From contig OZ244048.1 in assembly GCA_965215265.1 (NCBI GenBank), positions 4,480,001 to 4,544,000 on the forward strand: a DNA stretch of 64,000 nt, given 5' to 3'. Below the pieces are notes generated by a model, which did not search any database, was not told where the DNA came from, and saw only the letters and a program-made list of their open reading frames with translations. The position numbers and the translations under genes are program-made. Origin of the DNA: Candidatus Poribacteria bacterium (GTDB taxonomy: Bacteria > Poribacteria > WGA-4E > WGA-3G). This document shows positions 19,674 to 29,953 of the stretch, in pieces. Within the stretch, counting starts at the first letter, position 1. Each line of letters opens with the position of its first letter.

Positions 19674-19964
19674 TTTATGCGAGACTTTTGGGCGGTTCAC
19701 TGTTTTTTCCAAGGTAAAATCACTTCTGAAGGTCTCATCTGTTGTGTTGGGTTACAGGATCGGGCAAGGCGGCTTGGTCGTGCAGACAGAAGTTGAGTTT
19801 CCTATTCAATCAGAAGCCACCGTGGAAAAGACTTTCCGCAGCGTTTGTGAGACATGAGATGCTCTGCTCCCTTAGGAAATTAACGCTCAGTGTAATACTA
19901 ATATCAGATATGCTTCTCTCGGCGTTAGAGAGAGAAGTTCTCTATTAAACTCGGCGACAAGATA

Positions 19965-19980
19965 TGGCACAAAATTTGCT
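19965..19980 (+). promoter_or_regulatory. Sigma54 -24/-12 promoter of the activator gene
   Basis: TGGCACAAAATTTGCT, a full consensus match ~100 bp upstream of the ATG. Confidence 0.8.
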
Positions 19981-20078
19981 AATTAACAATGAAGAGCCCT
20001 ATGAATGGAGCTCGGGAGCTTGTTGCCACTGTAGAAAAACGACACAAATCCGAGTAATCTGAATATGGGAGGAGGATT

Positions 20079-21209
20079 ATGAATGAATCTACCGTTACCC
20101 TTAAATCTCCACAGATGCGAGCGGTTTACCGCGCCATCCAGCGGGTTGCACAGACGAACGTCTCGGTTCTCATTACAGGTGAAACCGGGGTCGGTAAAGA
20201 GATAATTGCACAAGCGATTCATAACCAGAGTTTGAGAAGGGACAAACCGTTTAAAGTGGTGAATTGCGGTGCGTTTCACCGGGAGCTTCTGTCTAGTGAG
20301 CTCTTTGGGCACGAGAAGGGTGCGTTTACCGGGGCGACTGCCCAAAGACGTGGCATGTTGGAACAGGCAGACGGCGGCACGTTGTTTCTGGATGAGGTAG
20401 GCGAAATGTTTCCTGAACTGCAGCCCATGTTCCTCCGCACCTTAGAAACACAGACGTTTACGCGGCTCGGTGGAAATAGAGAGATTAGAGTGGATGTCCG
20501 TGTTATCGCGGCGACAAATAGTGATATGGAGACAGCGATTTATAACAAGCAGTTCCGGGAAGATCTTTACTTTCGGCTCAATGGATTTCAGATTCATATC
20601 CCGCCGTTGTGGGAACGTCCTGAGGATATTCCGCCACTGGTTTCTACTTTCATTTCTCAATTAAGTATGAAATATGGGAAGAAAGTGGTGAGGATGACCC
20701 CGGAAGCCCTCTATTTCCTGAAACAGGCGGCATGGCCGGGCAATATCCGTGAACTCAAAAATGTGATTGGCAGAGCTATCCTTGAAACCGACGCATCCGT
20801 TGTCGGAATCTCGGAGGTCTCTTTGGCACTATTTGGAAAGCCAGCGACAGGCATACTCCTATCTCAGGTAGGTTCTTCTGTTAAGGAAGCGTTCTACCCT
20901 CTTCTGACGCATATCTCCTTGACAGAGTTTATCCAGATTTTTGCGGGGATTTCGCCCGATATATGGAAGTTAGTTCCTAAGCAGGTGCAACGCGGCGTTA
21001 TCCGTGAAGCATCTTTCTATTTATCGCGACTTTTGGATGGCCATCAAGGCCCTATCCGTCTTGATAGCATGACGAAAGACGAGATTTTATCTGTGGTTGC
21101 TGGGCAGCGCCTAGAAGCATGTGGCTCCTTAGCGCGAGCAGCAGCGTCGCTGGATGTAGATGTTCGGACACTCAAGGAATATCTAGCAGTAGGCGAAGCA
21201 GAGGCATAA
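20079..21209 (+). CDS. Sigma54-dependent enhancer-binding protein lacking an N-terminal sensor domain
   Basis: GETGVGKE Walker A, GAFTGA loop, LFLDEVGE, FREDLYFRLN, WPGNIREL, C-terminal HTH-like segment. Confidence 0.92.
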   Translation: MNESTVTLKSPQMRAVYRAIQRVAQTNVSVLITGETGVGKEIIAQAIHNQSLRRDKPFKVVNCGAFHRELLSSELFGHEKGAFTGATAQRRGMLEQADGGTLFLDEVGEMFPELQPMFLRTLETQTFTRLGGNREIRVDVRVIAATNSDMETAIYNKQFREDLYFRLNGFQIHIPPLWERPEDIPPLVSTFISQLSMKYGKKVVRMTPEALYFLKQAAWPGNIRELKNVIGRAILETDASVVGISEVSLALFGKPATGILLSQVGSSVKEAFYPLLTHISLTEFIQIFAGISPDIWKLVPKQVQRGVIREASFYLSRLLDGHQGPIRLDSMTKDEILSVVAGQRLEACGSLARAAASLDVDVRTLKEYLAVGEAEA

Positions 21210-21373
21210 GACCTAATTATCGTAATTTCTCGGTGCTAAGACACGTTCTAGAGGGACTTGACACTAATTTGAATGCTATTATTTTCATCAGGCAGTTTTT
21301 CCTCGCCTGCCTCGCGTCCAATTTCATCAACATGCGGCAACAGTGGAGTGGAGACGAAACCCCGAAGCTGCAG

Positions 21374-21826
21374 TCAGGAATCGTCTCTACCAGAGGAACA
21401 TTTTTTTAAATTGTCTGCGAGCCGAGTGATGATTTCCGACTCTAATTGCCCGATTGCTCCGGAATTTTCGTTGTCCGCTATTGTATTTAGGAGCATCTCG
21501 ATATCTTGTTGCTCCATTAACGTGAATGGCTTATGCTGTTGCATAATTCGGATTAATCGCGGTAACACATAAGTTCTGAAAAGAGGTTCTTCCCAGCAGA
21601 GCTCGTCGGTAATTCTGCAGAGCTCCTCGGTGCACATTTTCACTTGCCTCTCCAAGTTTTCCAGGTCACGATGTTTCTCGGTGTCCAGATTTTTGGAAAT
21701 GTCGGCACGTTGGTGCCCTATCTCTCGTGCCGTGAGGATTTTGTCTTCCATGACCATTAAGGCTTCTACCTTTTCTATAAAAGTATCGGCACGATTTTTG
21801 GCCTTGATAATGTTGCTTTCACTCAC
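21374..21826 (-). CDS. Hypothetical helical protein
   Basis: 150-aa ORF with GAGGT RBS and GTG start. Confidence 0.55.
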   Translation of the reverse strand: MSESNIIKAKNRADTFIEKVEALMVMEDKILTAREIGHQRADISKNLDTEKHRDLENLERQVKMCTEELCRITDELCWEEPLFRTYVLPRLIRIMQQHKPFTLMEQQDIEMLLNTIADNENSGAIGQLESEIITRLADNLKKCSSGRDDS

Positions 21827-22368
21827 CTATTTACCTCATTTTTATCATAGATTTTAGAATACGGATACGTTTGAAAAACTTGCTCAACGGTTAAGCTCCG
21901 GAAAATGATATAGGGCAATGCTTTTTGTCAGCAATTGCACCTCTAACCAGCCAGAAATGCACAAATCACGTTTTTGCTGAAAGAAAATACGTGCATTTTG
22001 AGATACTATTGCTAGCTGCCTGTACACACTTTACGATATTTTACGAATAAAATCCTGTCAATTTTGTGTCAATAATATTCTTAATAGTTATATCAAAAAA
22101 AACAGAAAAGTCAAATTTATTTTTTGGCGTACTGCCTGATAGATCGATTTAGGATATAATCTCACTAACAGAAAAAAGGGCAGCAAATTCGATCCGTTGT
22201 GATGGGGGTAGATAGCCTTCACGTTCGTGTGACATGCGGTAGAAAATTCTTTACAATTGTGCGTGCTAGATTAGATTTGAGAATATGAATAAACTTGCTG
22301 CGCCATCAAGGAGTGAGGGGACTGTTGTTCCAAAAAACTGTAGTTGAAATGACGCAAAGGCGGATTTT

Positions 22369-24264
22369 CTACGATTGAAAATTGAGATGCACGAAGGCCG
22401 GATCGAGTTTCAGCACCGTTTGAATCGCTTTTATCGCCTTTTTCCGTTTGTTGGCTTTCATCGCAACTAACGCCAAGTGGTAGTGTGCCTCAATATAATC
22501 GCTCTGAAGGCGGATTACGCGCTCTAACGTGTTGATGGCTCTGTTCGTCTGTCCCCGCTGAGACTGGATCCAGCCCAACGTGTCATGATATGCTGCAACG
22601 TCTGGGTTGAGCAGAACCGCTTTATATGCTAACGCTTCAGCCAATAACAATTTCTGTCGGTACCCATTCACATATAAACGGGCTAAGTTATTGTAGGCCT
22701 GTCCATCTTCAGGTGTCATCGCGAGTGCTTTTTCATAAACGCGTTGCGCATCCGAGAGGCGACCGAGTTTCATATACGCTGTACCGAGGGCATTATACGT
22801 TTTGTAATCTGGATACCTAGATGTTCGCATCGAGGCTTGTGCTTCAAACGGATCGTGAGTCTCATTTGCATGGGCCGCTAAAAAGAATTCATACGCCTTA
22901 ACTGCAAGCGCGTACTGATTTTCCATCAAGTACGCAAAACCTAATTTCTTATAGTAGTGAATCGGAATTGGACCGAGATGCCGGCTCAATTCGTACGAAT
23001 CAATCGCTTGCCTATAATAGCCTTCTTGGATGTAGAAGTCCCCTGCGGCAAGGGAGCGTTTTACTTCCGCAGACGGATCGCCAACAATAAACCCGAGCTG
23101 ACTCATACCTCTTGTATCTGATCCATCATGACCTTGATAAAGGATTGCGCCAATTGTTATTCCTACGAGAACGCACCATAATACAATGTAGGTTCGGGTT
23201 CGGGATACCCAACGTTTAGAGAAATAGGTATCCGGGCGTAGCAATAGTGCAAAAAGGTTGGGCCGTGGTTGTTCAGCAATCGGGCTATAGGCACCCATCG
23301 GGCTGTACCACACTGCAGGCGAGCTCGGTGCTAATACAGGAAGATTTGTAGTCTGTCCGGCTAATCGGGGCGATTGGGAGATCGATGCCGATGATTTCTC
23401 TAGCTCGGCATCCTCGGCTGTTGGGACATCATCTAATGTTTCTGTCTCTGTGAGGATATCCTCACTCAGTTCTTCATCTGTCTGTTCTGCTGAGACATCT
23501 ATTGGCGTGTCGATGTCCAACGGCTCTGTTTCTGTGAATTCAACTTCATTTCCTTCTTCACTGTTTTCAGGGCTCTCTTGCAAATGTCCCTCGCCAGAAA
23601 CTGTTGAGTCCGTTTCTGACGGACTTGACACAGATAGAACATCATCTACCGATGTGGTTGTGGGTTCTTTTGTGGCTGTGGATTCTTTAACGTCCTGTGT
23701 ATCTTCCGGAACGTTCGTCTTCACTTGCGTAGGCAAATTCGCTGGTTCCGGAGATTCTTCTGCGAAAGTCTCTTGTCCGGTTGTTGTTTCTGAACGGTGA
23801 GCTGATAAGTCATCGGTGATGTTCGTACCGGGCGTTACCTCGGGAAAACGTTCCTCAATCCGGGCAACGCACTTATTCGCTTCCAGTCGCGTTAACAGTG
23901 AATCTACATTTTGGAATAATTGCAGTGTTGGTAGCACACTGCGAGTACCAAGTTCTGCGACCGCTTCCATCATTGCCCAGGCGGTTAGATCATTTGACTC
24001 GGTTTTCAAGGCATGCAGAAGTGGTTCCAGGGATGCTGTCGCGTTCAGTTGCTGGAGTGCCTTTGCTGCTTCCCGCCGCACCGTTGAATCCGCATCTGCG
24101 AGTGCATCCGTTAAAAACGGCACTGCTTCCGTCTCAGCCTGCTCGGCGAGGTTTGCAACAGCCGCCCTCCGGAGCCCACTCGGCAGCGTTAGATCTTTTA
24201 ATGTTTGTATAGATTGCTCAAAAGATAACATAACAGTCTTCATGTTTTGCCGGTAATGTAACAT
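22369..24264 (-). CDS. HEAT-repeat + acidic linker + TM + TPR-repeat protein
   Basis: VRREAAKAL HEAT repeats, central TM helix, C-terminal TPRs (YNALGTAY, AYNNLA, YHDTLGW). Confidence 0.85.
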   Translation of the reverse strand: MLHYRQNMKTVMLSFEQSIQTLKDLTLPSGLRRAAVANLAEQAETEAVPFLTDALADADSTVRREAAKALQQLNATASLEPLLHALKTESNDLTAWAMMEAVAELGTRSVLPTLQLFQNVDSLLTRLEANKCVARIEERFPEVTPGTNITDDLSAHRSETTTGQETFAEESPEPANLPTQVKTNVPEDTQDVKESTATKEPTTTSVDDVLSVSSPSETDSTVSGEGHLQESPENSEEGNEVEFTETEPLDIDTPIDVSAEQTDEELSEDILTETETLDDVPTAEDAELEKSSASISQSPRLAGQTTNLPVLAPSSPAVWYSPMGAYSPIAEQPRPNLFALLLRPDTYFSKRWVSRTRTYIVLWCVLVGITIGAILYQGHDGSDTRGMSQLGFIVGDPSAEVKRSLAAGDFYIQEGYYRQAIDSYELSRHLGPIPIHYYKKLGFAYLMENQYALAVKAYEFFLAAHANETHDPFEAQASMRTSRYPDYKTYNALGTAYMKLGRLSDAQRVYEKALAMTPEDGQAYNNLARLYVNGYRQKLLLAEALAYKAVLLNPDVAAYHDTLGWIQSQRGQTNRAINTLERVIRLQSDYIEAHYHLALVAMKANKRKKAIKAIQTVLKLDPAFVHLNFQS

Positions 24265-24476
24265 CCACTGTCAGTTTACGCGCGCCGTGAAAACATAAGA
24301 CGCCAATTAACAAAACGAATTATCCTTTAAAAAGATTCACGTTTTTATTTTGCTTGACGGATTAGAGAAATAAGTGTATCATGCTATAAAGTCTGATAGG
24401 AATTATAAATCAGTTTTTTCAATTTCAATAGAGACTTTCAAACTGCATCATCCTTAACAGAGGAGATTTAAAGATA

Positions 24477-26135
24477 ATGGCAAAAAAGACTTGTATGAAA
24501 TGTACACAACGAATTTCGCCGCTAATTATCCAGAACACTAAGATTGGCATAAGCAAGATATGGGGTGCTTCTTATGTCATAACAATTCTTGTGATTTTAG
24601 GGGTGTTGGTTATGCACGGCAGTGCGGACTCCCTCCATCGCGGCGGCACCCTAATCTTCGGCCGCGGAGGAGATTCCATCGGGCTTGATCCGGGACATGA
24701 AATGGACGGTGAATCCTTTAAAGTCTGCGACAATATCTATGATACACTCGTTCAATATAGCGACGAAGGGACGGAGCTGACCCCCGGACTCGCCGCATCC
24801 TGGGACAGCTCAGCAGATGGATTAACATGGACGTTCCATCTGCGACAAGGCGTGAAATTTCATGACGGTACACCTTTTAACGCTGAGGCTGTGCTGTTTT
24901 CACTCAACCGCCAGCATGAACCAACACACCCATTTCATAGAGTCGGGGGTCCGTATGGATATTGGATAGATGCAGGATTAGCCGGTATCGTTGATAAGAT
25001 TACCGCTTCTGATGATTGGACCGTTCAAATTCACCTAAAACAACCTTACGCACCCTTTATCTATACCATGGCAATGACAGCATTTGCGATTGTCAGTCCG
25101 ACAGCCGCCAAAAAGTGGGGTGCTGAGTTTACCAATCATCCTGTCGGAACAGGTCCCTTCAAATTTATCCGATGGGATAGAAATGATAAAATCGTCTTGG
25201 AAGCAAACGAGGACTATTGGAACGGGCCGCCGAACTTGGATAGAATTATTTTTCGTTCCATTCCGGACAATGCCGTCCGATTTATCAAACTTCAAGAAGG
25301 AAGTCTTCACGTCATCCAATTTCCAAACCCCGACGACCTGCCTCTCATTCAAGAGGATGCCAACCTGCAACTCATCGCGCAGCCCGGCCTGAGTATCGGC
25401 TACCTCGCGATGAATATGGATAAGCAACCCTTCGACAACAAAAAGGTACGGCTCGCTATTAACCATGCTGTTAATAAAACCGCAATCGTTGAACATTTGT
25501 ACCAAGGCACCGGAATTGCTGCCAAAAATCCGATCCCGCCGACGCTCTGGAGTTATGATGATACCCTCGAAGATTATGACTACAATCCAGAGAAGGCAAA
25601 GCAGCTTCTCGCTGAGGCAGGTTATCCCAACGGTTTTGAAACCACACTCTGGGCACTACCTGTACCGCGCCCATACATACCTGATGGACGCATGCTCGCT
25701 GAAGTCGTACAATCCAACCTCCGGGACATTAACATTGAGACGAAGATTGTTACTTTTGACTGGGGAACGTATCTTGAAAAAACGAAGAACGGTGAGCACG
25801 ATATGGCATTCTTAGGCTGGTTCGCTGACTTCGGAGACCCGGATAACTTCTTGTACTATCTTTTAAGCAAGACCGCAGCGGAAAAGCCTGCAGGCAATAT
25901 CGCCTTTTACCGTAGTGATGAGATGCAGGATGTACTGGAACGTGCCAGAGTTACCAACGACCGCGACGAACGCATTGCTCTCTATAAACAGGCACAGGCG
26001 ATATTTCATCGGGATGTCCCCTGGGTCCCCATAGCGCACGCACAAAATATTTTAGTTATTAACAAAAAGGTACAAAATCTCAAACTCCATCCGTTAACGT
26101 GGAAATATCTCCGTCATATTTCACTTGCTGAATAG
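24477..26135 (+). CDS. ABC transporter peptide-binding protein, family 5 (DppA-like)
   Basis: PGLAASWD, LRQGVKFHDG, PVGTGPF and GDPDNF motifs. Confidence 0.9.
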   Translation: MAKKTCMKCTQRISPLIIQNTKIGISKIWGASYVITILVILGVLVMHGSADSLHRGGTLIFGRGGDSIGLDPGHEMDGESFKVCDNIYDTLVQYSDEGTELTPGLAASWDSSADGLTWTFHLRQGVKFHDGTPFNAEAVLFSLNRQHEPTHPFHRVGGPYGYWIDAGLAGIVDKITASDDWTVQIHLKQPYAPFIYTMAMTAFAIVSPTAAKKWGAEFTNHPVGTGPFKFIRWDRNDKIVLEANEDYWNGPPNLDRIIFRSIPDNAVRFIKLQEGSLHVIQFPNPDDLPLIQEDANLQLIAQPGLSIGYLAMNMDKQPFDNKKVRLAINHAVNKTAIVEHLYQGTGIAAKNPIPPTLWSYDDTLEDYDYNPEKAKQLLAEAGYPNGFETTLWALPVPRPYIPDGRMLAEVVQSNLRDINIETKIVTFDWGTYLEKTKNGEHDMAFLGWFADFGDPDNFLYYLLSKTAAEKPAGNIAFYRSDEMQDVLERARVTNDRDERIALYKQAQAIFHRDVPWVPIAHAQNILVINKKVQNLKLHPLTWKYLRHISLAE

Positions 26136-26136
26136 G

Positions 26137-26312
26137 ACAACATCAGCCGTTGACGTGCTGCAATATACGAAGAAAACCTCTGGTGAGAAAGGATTCACCC
26201 CGCTGGCGGGGGAAGGGAAGTTCTCCCCGCGGAGGGGATGAATTCCGATCCTTCTTTTTTGAAAAAGTATCATCACAACATCAGCCGTTGACGTGCTGCA
26301 GTATACGAAAAG
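26137..26312. repeat. Modular palindromic repeat cluster
   Basis: CAACATCAGCCGTTGACGTGCTGCA(A/G)TATACGAA twice around a GGGAAGTTCTCCCCGC hairpin. Confidence 0.8.
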
Positions 26313-26353
26313 CGGAATTGTTCTTCCGGCACTCACATTATGCGGGAAAAAAT

Positions 26354-27388
26354 ATGAACCAAAAATTTCGTATCGGGGTCACGCGTGACTTCCTAAAACC
26401 CGACGGTACCTCTGATTTTGAAAACATCGGTGCACCATACTTCGACGAGGCAGGATTGCATTGGGAATACCTCGCAGAATTAGCCCCTACCTTGACCAAG
26501 CAGCAAGTACACGATTATGACGCGCTCTTAGTACTCGGTGGCGGCATTACTGCTGAGACACTCACGGATGTAACTCGCTTAACAATCATCGCCAGATTTG
26601 GAGTCGGTTATGATAAAGTTGACGTGCAAGCATGCACCGAAAACGGGGTGATTTTGACAATCGCACCTGATGGCGTTCGCCGTCCGGTTGCCACCTCCGT
26701 TATAACTTTTATACTATCTTTGAGTCATCTGTTACTAATAAAAGACAAACTCACCCGCACGGGCGGATGGGCTAAAGCGATGGGGCACATGGGGATGGGA
26801 CTTGTCGGACGCACTCTCGGACTTGTCGGAGTGGGCAACATCGGCGCAGAGGTTTTCAAATTGGCACAACCGTTTGGAATGCGGCATATCGCCTTCGATC
26901 CTTACGTCAGTCCTGCGGAAGCAAAAGAAGTTGGCGTAGAATTAGTAGATCTGGATAGTTTGATGCGAACCGCTGACTTTGTCTGTATCTGCTGCCCCTT
27001 GAATGAAGAGACGCGAGGACTCATTGATGAAAGACGCATCGGACTTATGAAGTCTACTGCTTACTTGATTAACACCGCGCGCGGTCCCATCGTTAAACAA
27101 CAGGCACTTACAAAAGCACTGCGCGACCGGTCCATCCAAGGTGCGGGTCTGGATGTCTTCGAGGAAGAACCCATTCATCAGGAAGACCCGCTGTTGGAAT
27201 TAGACAACGTCATCCTTACACCTCACAGCCTCTGCTGGACTGATGAGTGTTTCCAACGCATTAGCCAGAGTGCATGTCAAAATATTGCACGGGTCGCTCG
27301 GGGACAGATACCTTCTTGGATTGTCAATGCTGACGTTGTGGACAGTCCAAAACTGCACCAAAAATTAGAACAGTGGCGAACAACTTAA
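26354..27388 (+). CDS. D-isomer 2-hydroxyacid dehydrogenase (SerA-like)
   Basis: GVGYD, GVGNIG, INTARG, LDVFEEEP and TPH motifs; upstream part of the ORF is repeat-derived, so start set at MNQKF. Confidence 0.9.
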   Translation: MNQKFRIGVTRDFLKPDGTSDFENIGAPYFDEAGLHWEYLAELAPTLTKQQVHDYDALLVLGGGITAETLTDVTRLTIIARFGVGYDKVDVQACTENGVILTIAPDGVRRPVATSVITFILSLSHLLLIKDKLTRTGGWAKAMGHMGMGLVGRTLGLVGVGNIGAEVFKLAQPFGMRHIAFDPYVSPAEAKEVGVELVDLDSLMRTADFVCICCPLNEETRGLIDERRIGLMKSTAYLINTARGPIVKQQALTKALRDRSIQGAGLDVFEEEPIHQEDPLLELDNVILTPHSLCWTDECFQRISQSACQNIARVARGQIPSWIVNADVVDSPKLHQKLEQWRTT

Positions 27389-27399
27389 CTATAAGATGA

Positions 27400-27491
27400 G
27401 CAGTATACGAAAAAAAACAGTGGCGAGATAGGTTTTCTTTATCTCTCCTTTCAGGAGAGATAAGAATACTTTTTACTCGCCACCCACAGGG
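27400..27491. repeat. Hairpin repeat (GTGGCGAGATAGG…CTCGCCACCCAC)
   Basis: Same family as 41520-41705 and 53449-53515. Confidence 0.8.
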
Positions 27492-27507
27492 AAAGGAGAA
27501 AGAAGAA

Positions 27508-28647
27508 CTGGCACACGCATATACACCCGGACTTAAAGTGACAGAACAGATGACGATTCGGAAAGAGAGATGTCTCCCCTTACAAGGCGAAGTTCTCGTA
27601 CAAGTCGGAGACATCGTAACAGCCGAAGATGTCATCGCAAAAACCGATTTGCCCGGTAACGTTCAACTGCTAAATATTGCGAATCTGCTCAGTATTCCGC
27701 CTGCTGACATCGCAGAATACATGGTAAAACCTGTCGGCGAAACCGTCGCGAAAGATGAGATTATCGCCATGACAAAAGGGCTCTTCGGACTTTTCAAATC
27801 GCAGGCACGTTCACCAATTGATGGTACCATTGAAGCAGTATCCGATGTCACTGGACAGGCGATCTTGCGTGAACCGCCCATTCCAGTTGAGGTGATGGCA
27901 CATATAGATGGCACCATCATTGAAACGGACGCACAGGAGGGTGCTACTGTGGAAACTTACGGTACCTATATTCAAGGTATCTTCGGAGTCGGTGGCGAAA
28001 CGATAGGGCAACTTATTAGTGCGGTTGGTTCACCAGACGATACTTTGACAGATGCGCAAATACAATCCGCGCATCGGCACGCTATTTTAGTCGGTGGTTC
28101 CCTAGTCACCACATCTGCAATTCACGCTGCAATTCAGCACGGTGTTAAAGGCATCATCGCCGGCGGTATTGATGATGCCGACCTGCGGGAACTCCTCGGA
28201 TATGAGCTCGGTGTCGCTATTACAGGTTCTGAAAATATCGGGCTCACGCTGGTTATCACTGAAGGGTTCGGTGACATCGCAATGGCGGAGCAGACCTTCG
28301 CGCTCCTAAAGGCGCGAGAAGGCATGAAAACTTCTATCAACGGAGCAACACAGATTCGAGCCGGCGTTGTCAGACCAGAGATTCTCATTCCATTGCCACC
28401 GGATACTCGTGAAGGAACCTCAGAACCAACCCGCATTGCATCTACCGAAGGCATTTTGGAAATTGGGACACCTGTGCGGATTATTCGCGAACCCTACTTC
28501 GGAAGATTAGGCAATGTCACGGAACTACCGGTAGCACTTCAAAAATTGGAAACAGAAGCAGACGTTCGGGTGTTGCAAGTTAAGCTCGCAGAAGGACAAA
28601 CGATTACCTTGCCGCGTGCGAATGTTGAAACAATTTTTCGTATATAG
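27508..28647 (+). CDS. Conserved hypothetical protein (barrel-sandwich hybrid and KOW-like segments)
   Basis: Frame extends to CTG-AHAYTPGLKV after an AAAGGAG RBS; RSPIDGTI and IRAGVVRPE motifs. Confidence 0.75.
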   Translation: MAHAYTPGLKVTEQMTIRKERCLPLQGEVLVQVGDIVTAEDVIAKTDLPGNVQLLNIANLLSIPPADIAEYMVKPVGETVAKDEIIAMTKGLFGLFKSQARSPIDGTIEAVSDVTGQAILREPPIPVEVMAHIDGTIIETDAQEGATVETYGTYIQGIFGVGGETIGQLISAVGSPDDTLTDAQIQSAHRHAILVGGSLVTTSAIHAAIQHGVKGIIAGGIDDADLRELLGYELGVAITGSENIGLTLVITEGFGDIAMAEQTFALLKAREGMKTSINGATQIRAGVVRPEILIPLPPDTREGTSEPTRIASTEGILEIGTPVRIIREPYFGRLGNVTELPVALQKLETEADVRVLQVKLAEGQTITLPRANVETIFRI

Positions 28648-28980
28648 GAGCCCAATACGGATTGATGTGGCAGGATAGGTTTTCTTTTTCTGTCCATGAG
28701 AAAAGATTACCTTTTACCTGCCATCTATAGATATTGATAACCTTAGCATAAATCTCGTTCTTCTGTATACAGAAGCCCAATAAAGGCTGCTGCTATGTTC
28801 TTGTATATCTCCGTACCATTAACGTCTATGTAATGATAGCTCGTGTGTAAATCTCGTCGGAGCCTTCCGATGTTTAGATTTAAAAGACTATACCGAGTTA
28901 ACCTCCGCCGAGATGTACATCGGATTTAACAATACATAACCCTTGATGGGGCTGAAAGATACAAAAAACGGAGATATACA
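28634..28980. repeat. Modular palindromic repeat cluster
   Basis: TTTTCGTATA…, AAATCTCGTCGGAG and GGCAGGATAGG hairpin modules. Confidence 0.85.
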
Positions 28981-29953
28981 GATAGTGCTACATTCGACAT
29001 CGAAAGTCACAGTCGTTGGAAGTTTGAACGCCGACCTGGTTATTCAAGCCGACCGTCACCCATTCAAAGGGGAAACCCTCATCGGCGATGGATTTGACAT
29101 CTTCACCGGAGGAAAAGGGTTTAATCAAGCAACTGCAGCGGCGAGACTTGGAGCCGACATCACCCTTATCGGTAGCGTTGGTACAGATCTTTTCGGAGAT
29201 ATGCTCCTCGCAGCGACTGCTGCTGAGCAGATGAATACCCGAATCCGACGGGTGGAAGAAGGCACCGGTGTGGCAAGTATCGTCATTGAGCCAGATGGGG
29301 ACAATAGCATCATCGTTGTACCACGCGCCAACATGGCACTAACAATAGCAGATATAAACGCAGCGACAGACACTATTGCTGAATCAGATGTCCTGCTTTT
29401 ACAATTAGAGACACCGATTACGGCTTCTGAATCCGCTGCACAAATTGCAAAGGCGAACGGCACAACCGTGCTACTCAATCCAGCACCCGCACAACCTTTG
29501 CCGGACAGCCTACTCACAAACGTTGATATTATCATTCCAAACCAATCTGAAACAGAACTGTTAACAGGGATGCAGGCGAACACACTTAAAGAGGCGTGCC
29601 GCGCTGCACAAGCACTCATCACCCGATTAGATGATGCTGCACCCGCCGCTATTGTGTTGACGCTTGGAGCGCATGGTGCCTTACTGATGACACCCACAAT
29701 GTCCGAAACCATTGATGCCCTCGCAGTTGATGCAGTCGATACCACAGGTGCGGGCGATGCTTTCTGCGGTGCATTGGCCACGGCACTCGCACGGGGGGAA
29801 CAGATACGCGAAGCTGTCGCTTACGCGAATGCAGCTGGCGCAGCAGCTGTTACCGTACTTGGAGCAACTCCCTCAATGCCGACATCCGAAAAAATTCAAC
29901 AGCTATTGGCTGATTCCAAGAAACGTAGCATAGAAACAGGAGAAAAACCATGA
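28943..29953 (+). CDS. rbsK: Ribokinase
   Basis: VVGSLNAD, GGKGFNQA, LLQLE, NPAPA, DTTGAGDAF; start uncertain because the 5' end is repeat-derived. Confidence 0.9.
   Translation: MMGLKDTKNGDIQIVLHSTSKVTVVGSLNADLVIQADRHPFKGETLIGDGFDIFTGGKGFNQATAAARLGADITLIGSVGTDLFGDMLLAATAAEQMNTRIRRVEEGTGVASIVIEPDGDNSIIVVPRANMALTIADINAATDTIAESDVLLLQLETPITASESAAQIAKANGTTVLLNPAPAQPLPDSLLTNVDIIIPNQSETELLTGMQANTLKEACRAAQALITRLDDAAPAAIVLTLGAHGALLMTPTMSETIDALAVDAVDTTGAGDAFCGALATALARGEQIREAVAYANAAGAAAVTVLGATPSMPTSEKIQQLLADSKKRSIETGEKP

Noticed and set aside
26150-26353. N-terminal extension of the dehydrogenase (also the 58949 and 60320 starts)
   Set aside because: Translated repeat sequence; family-typical starts lie downstream
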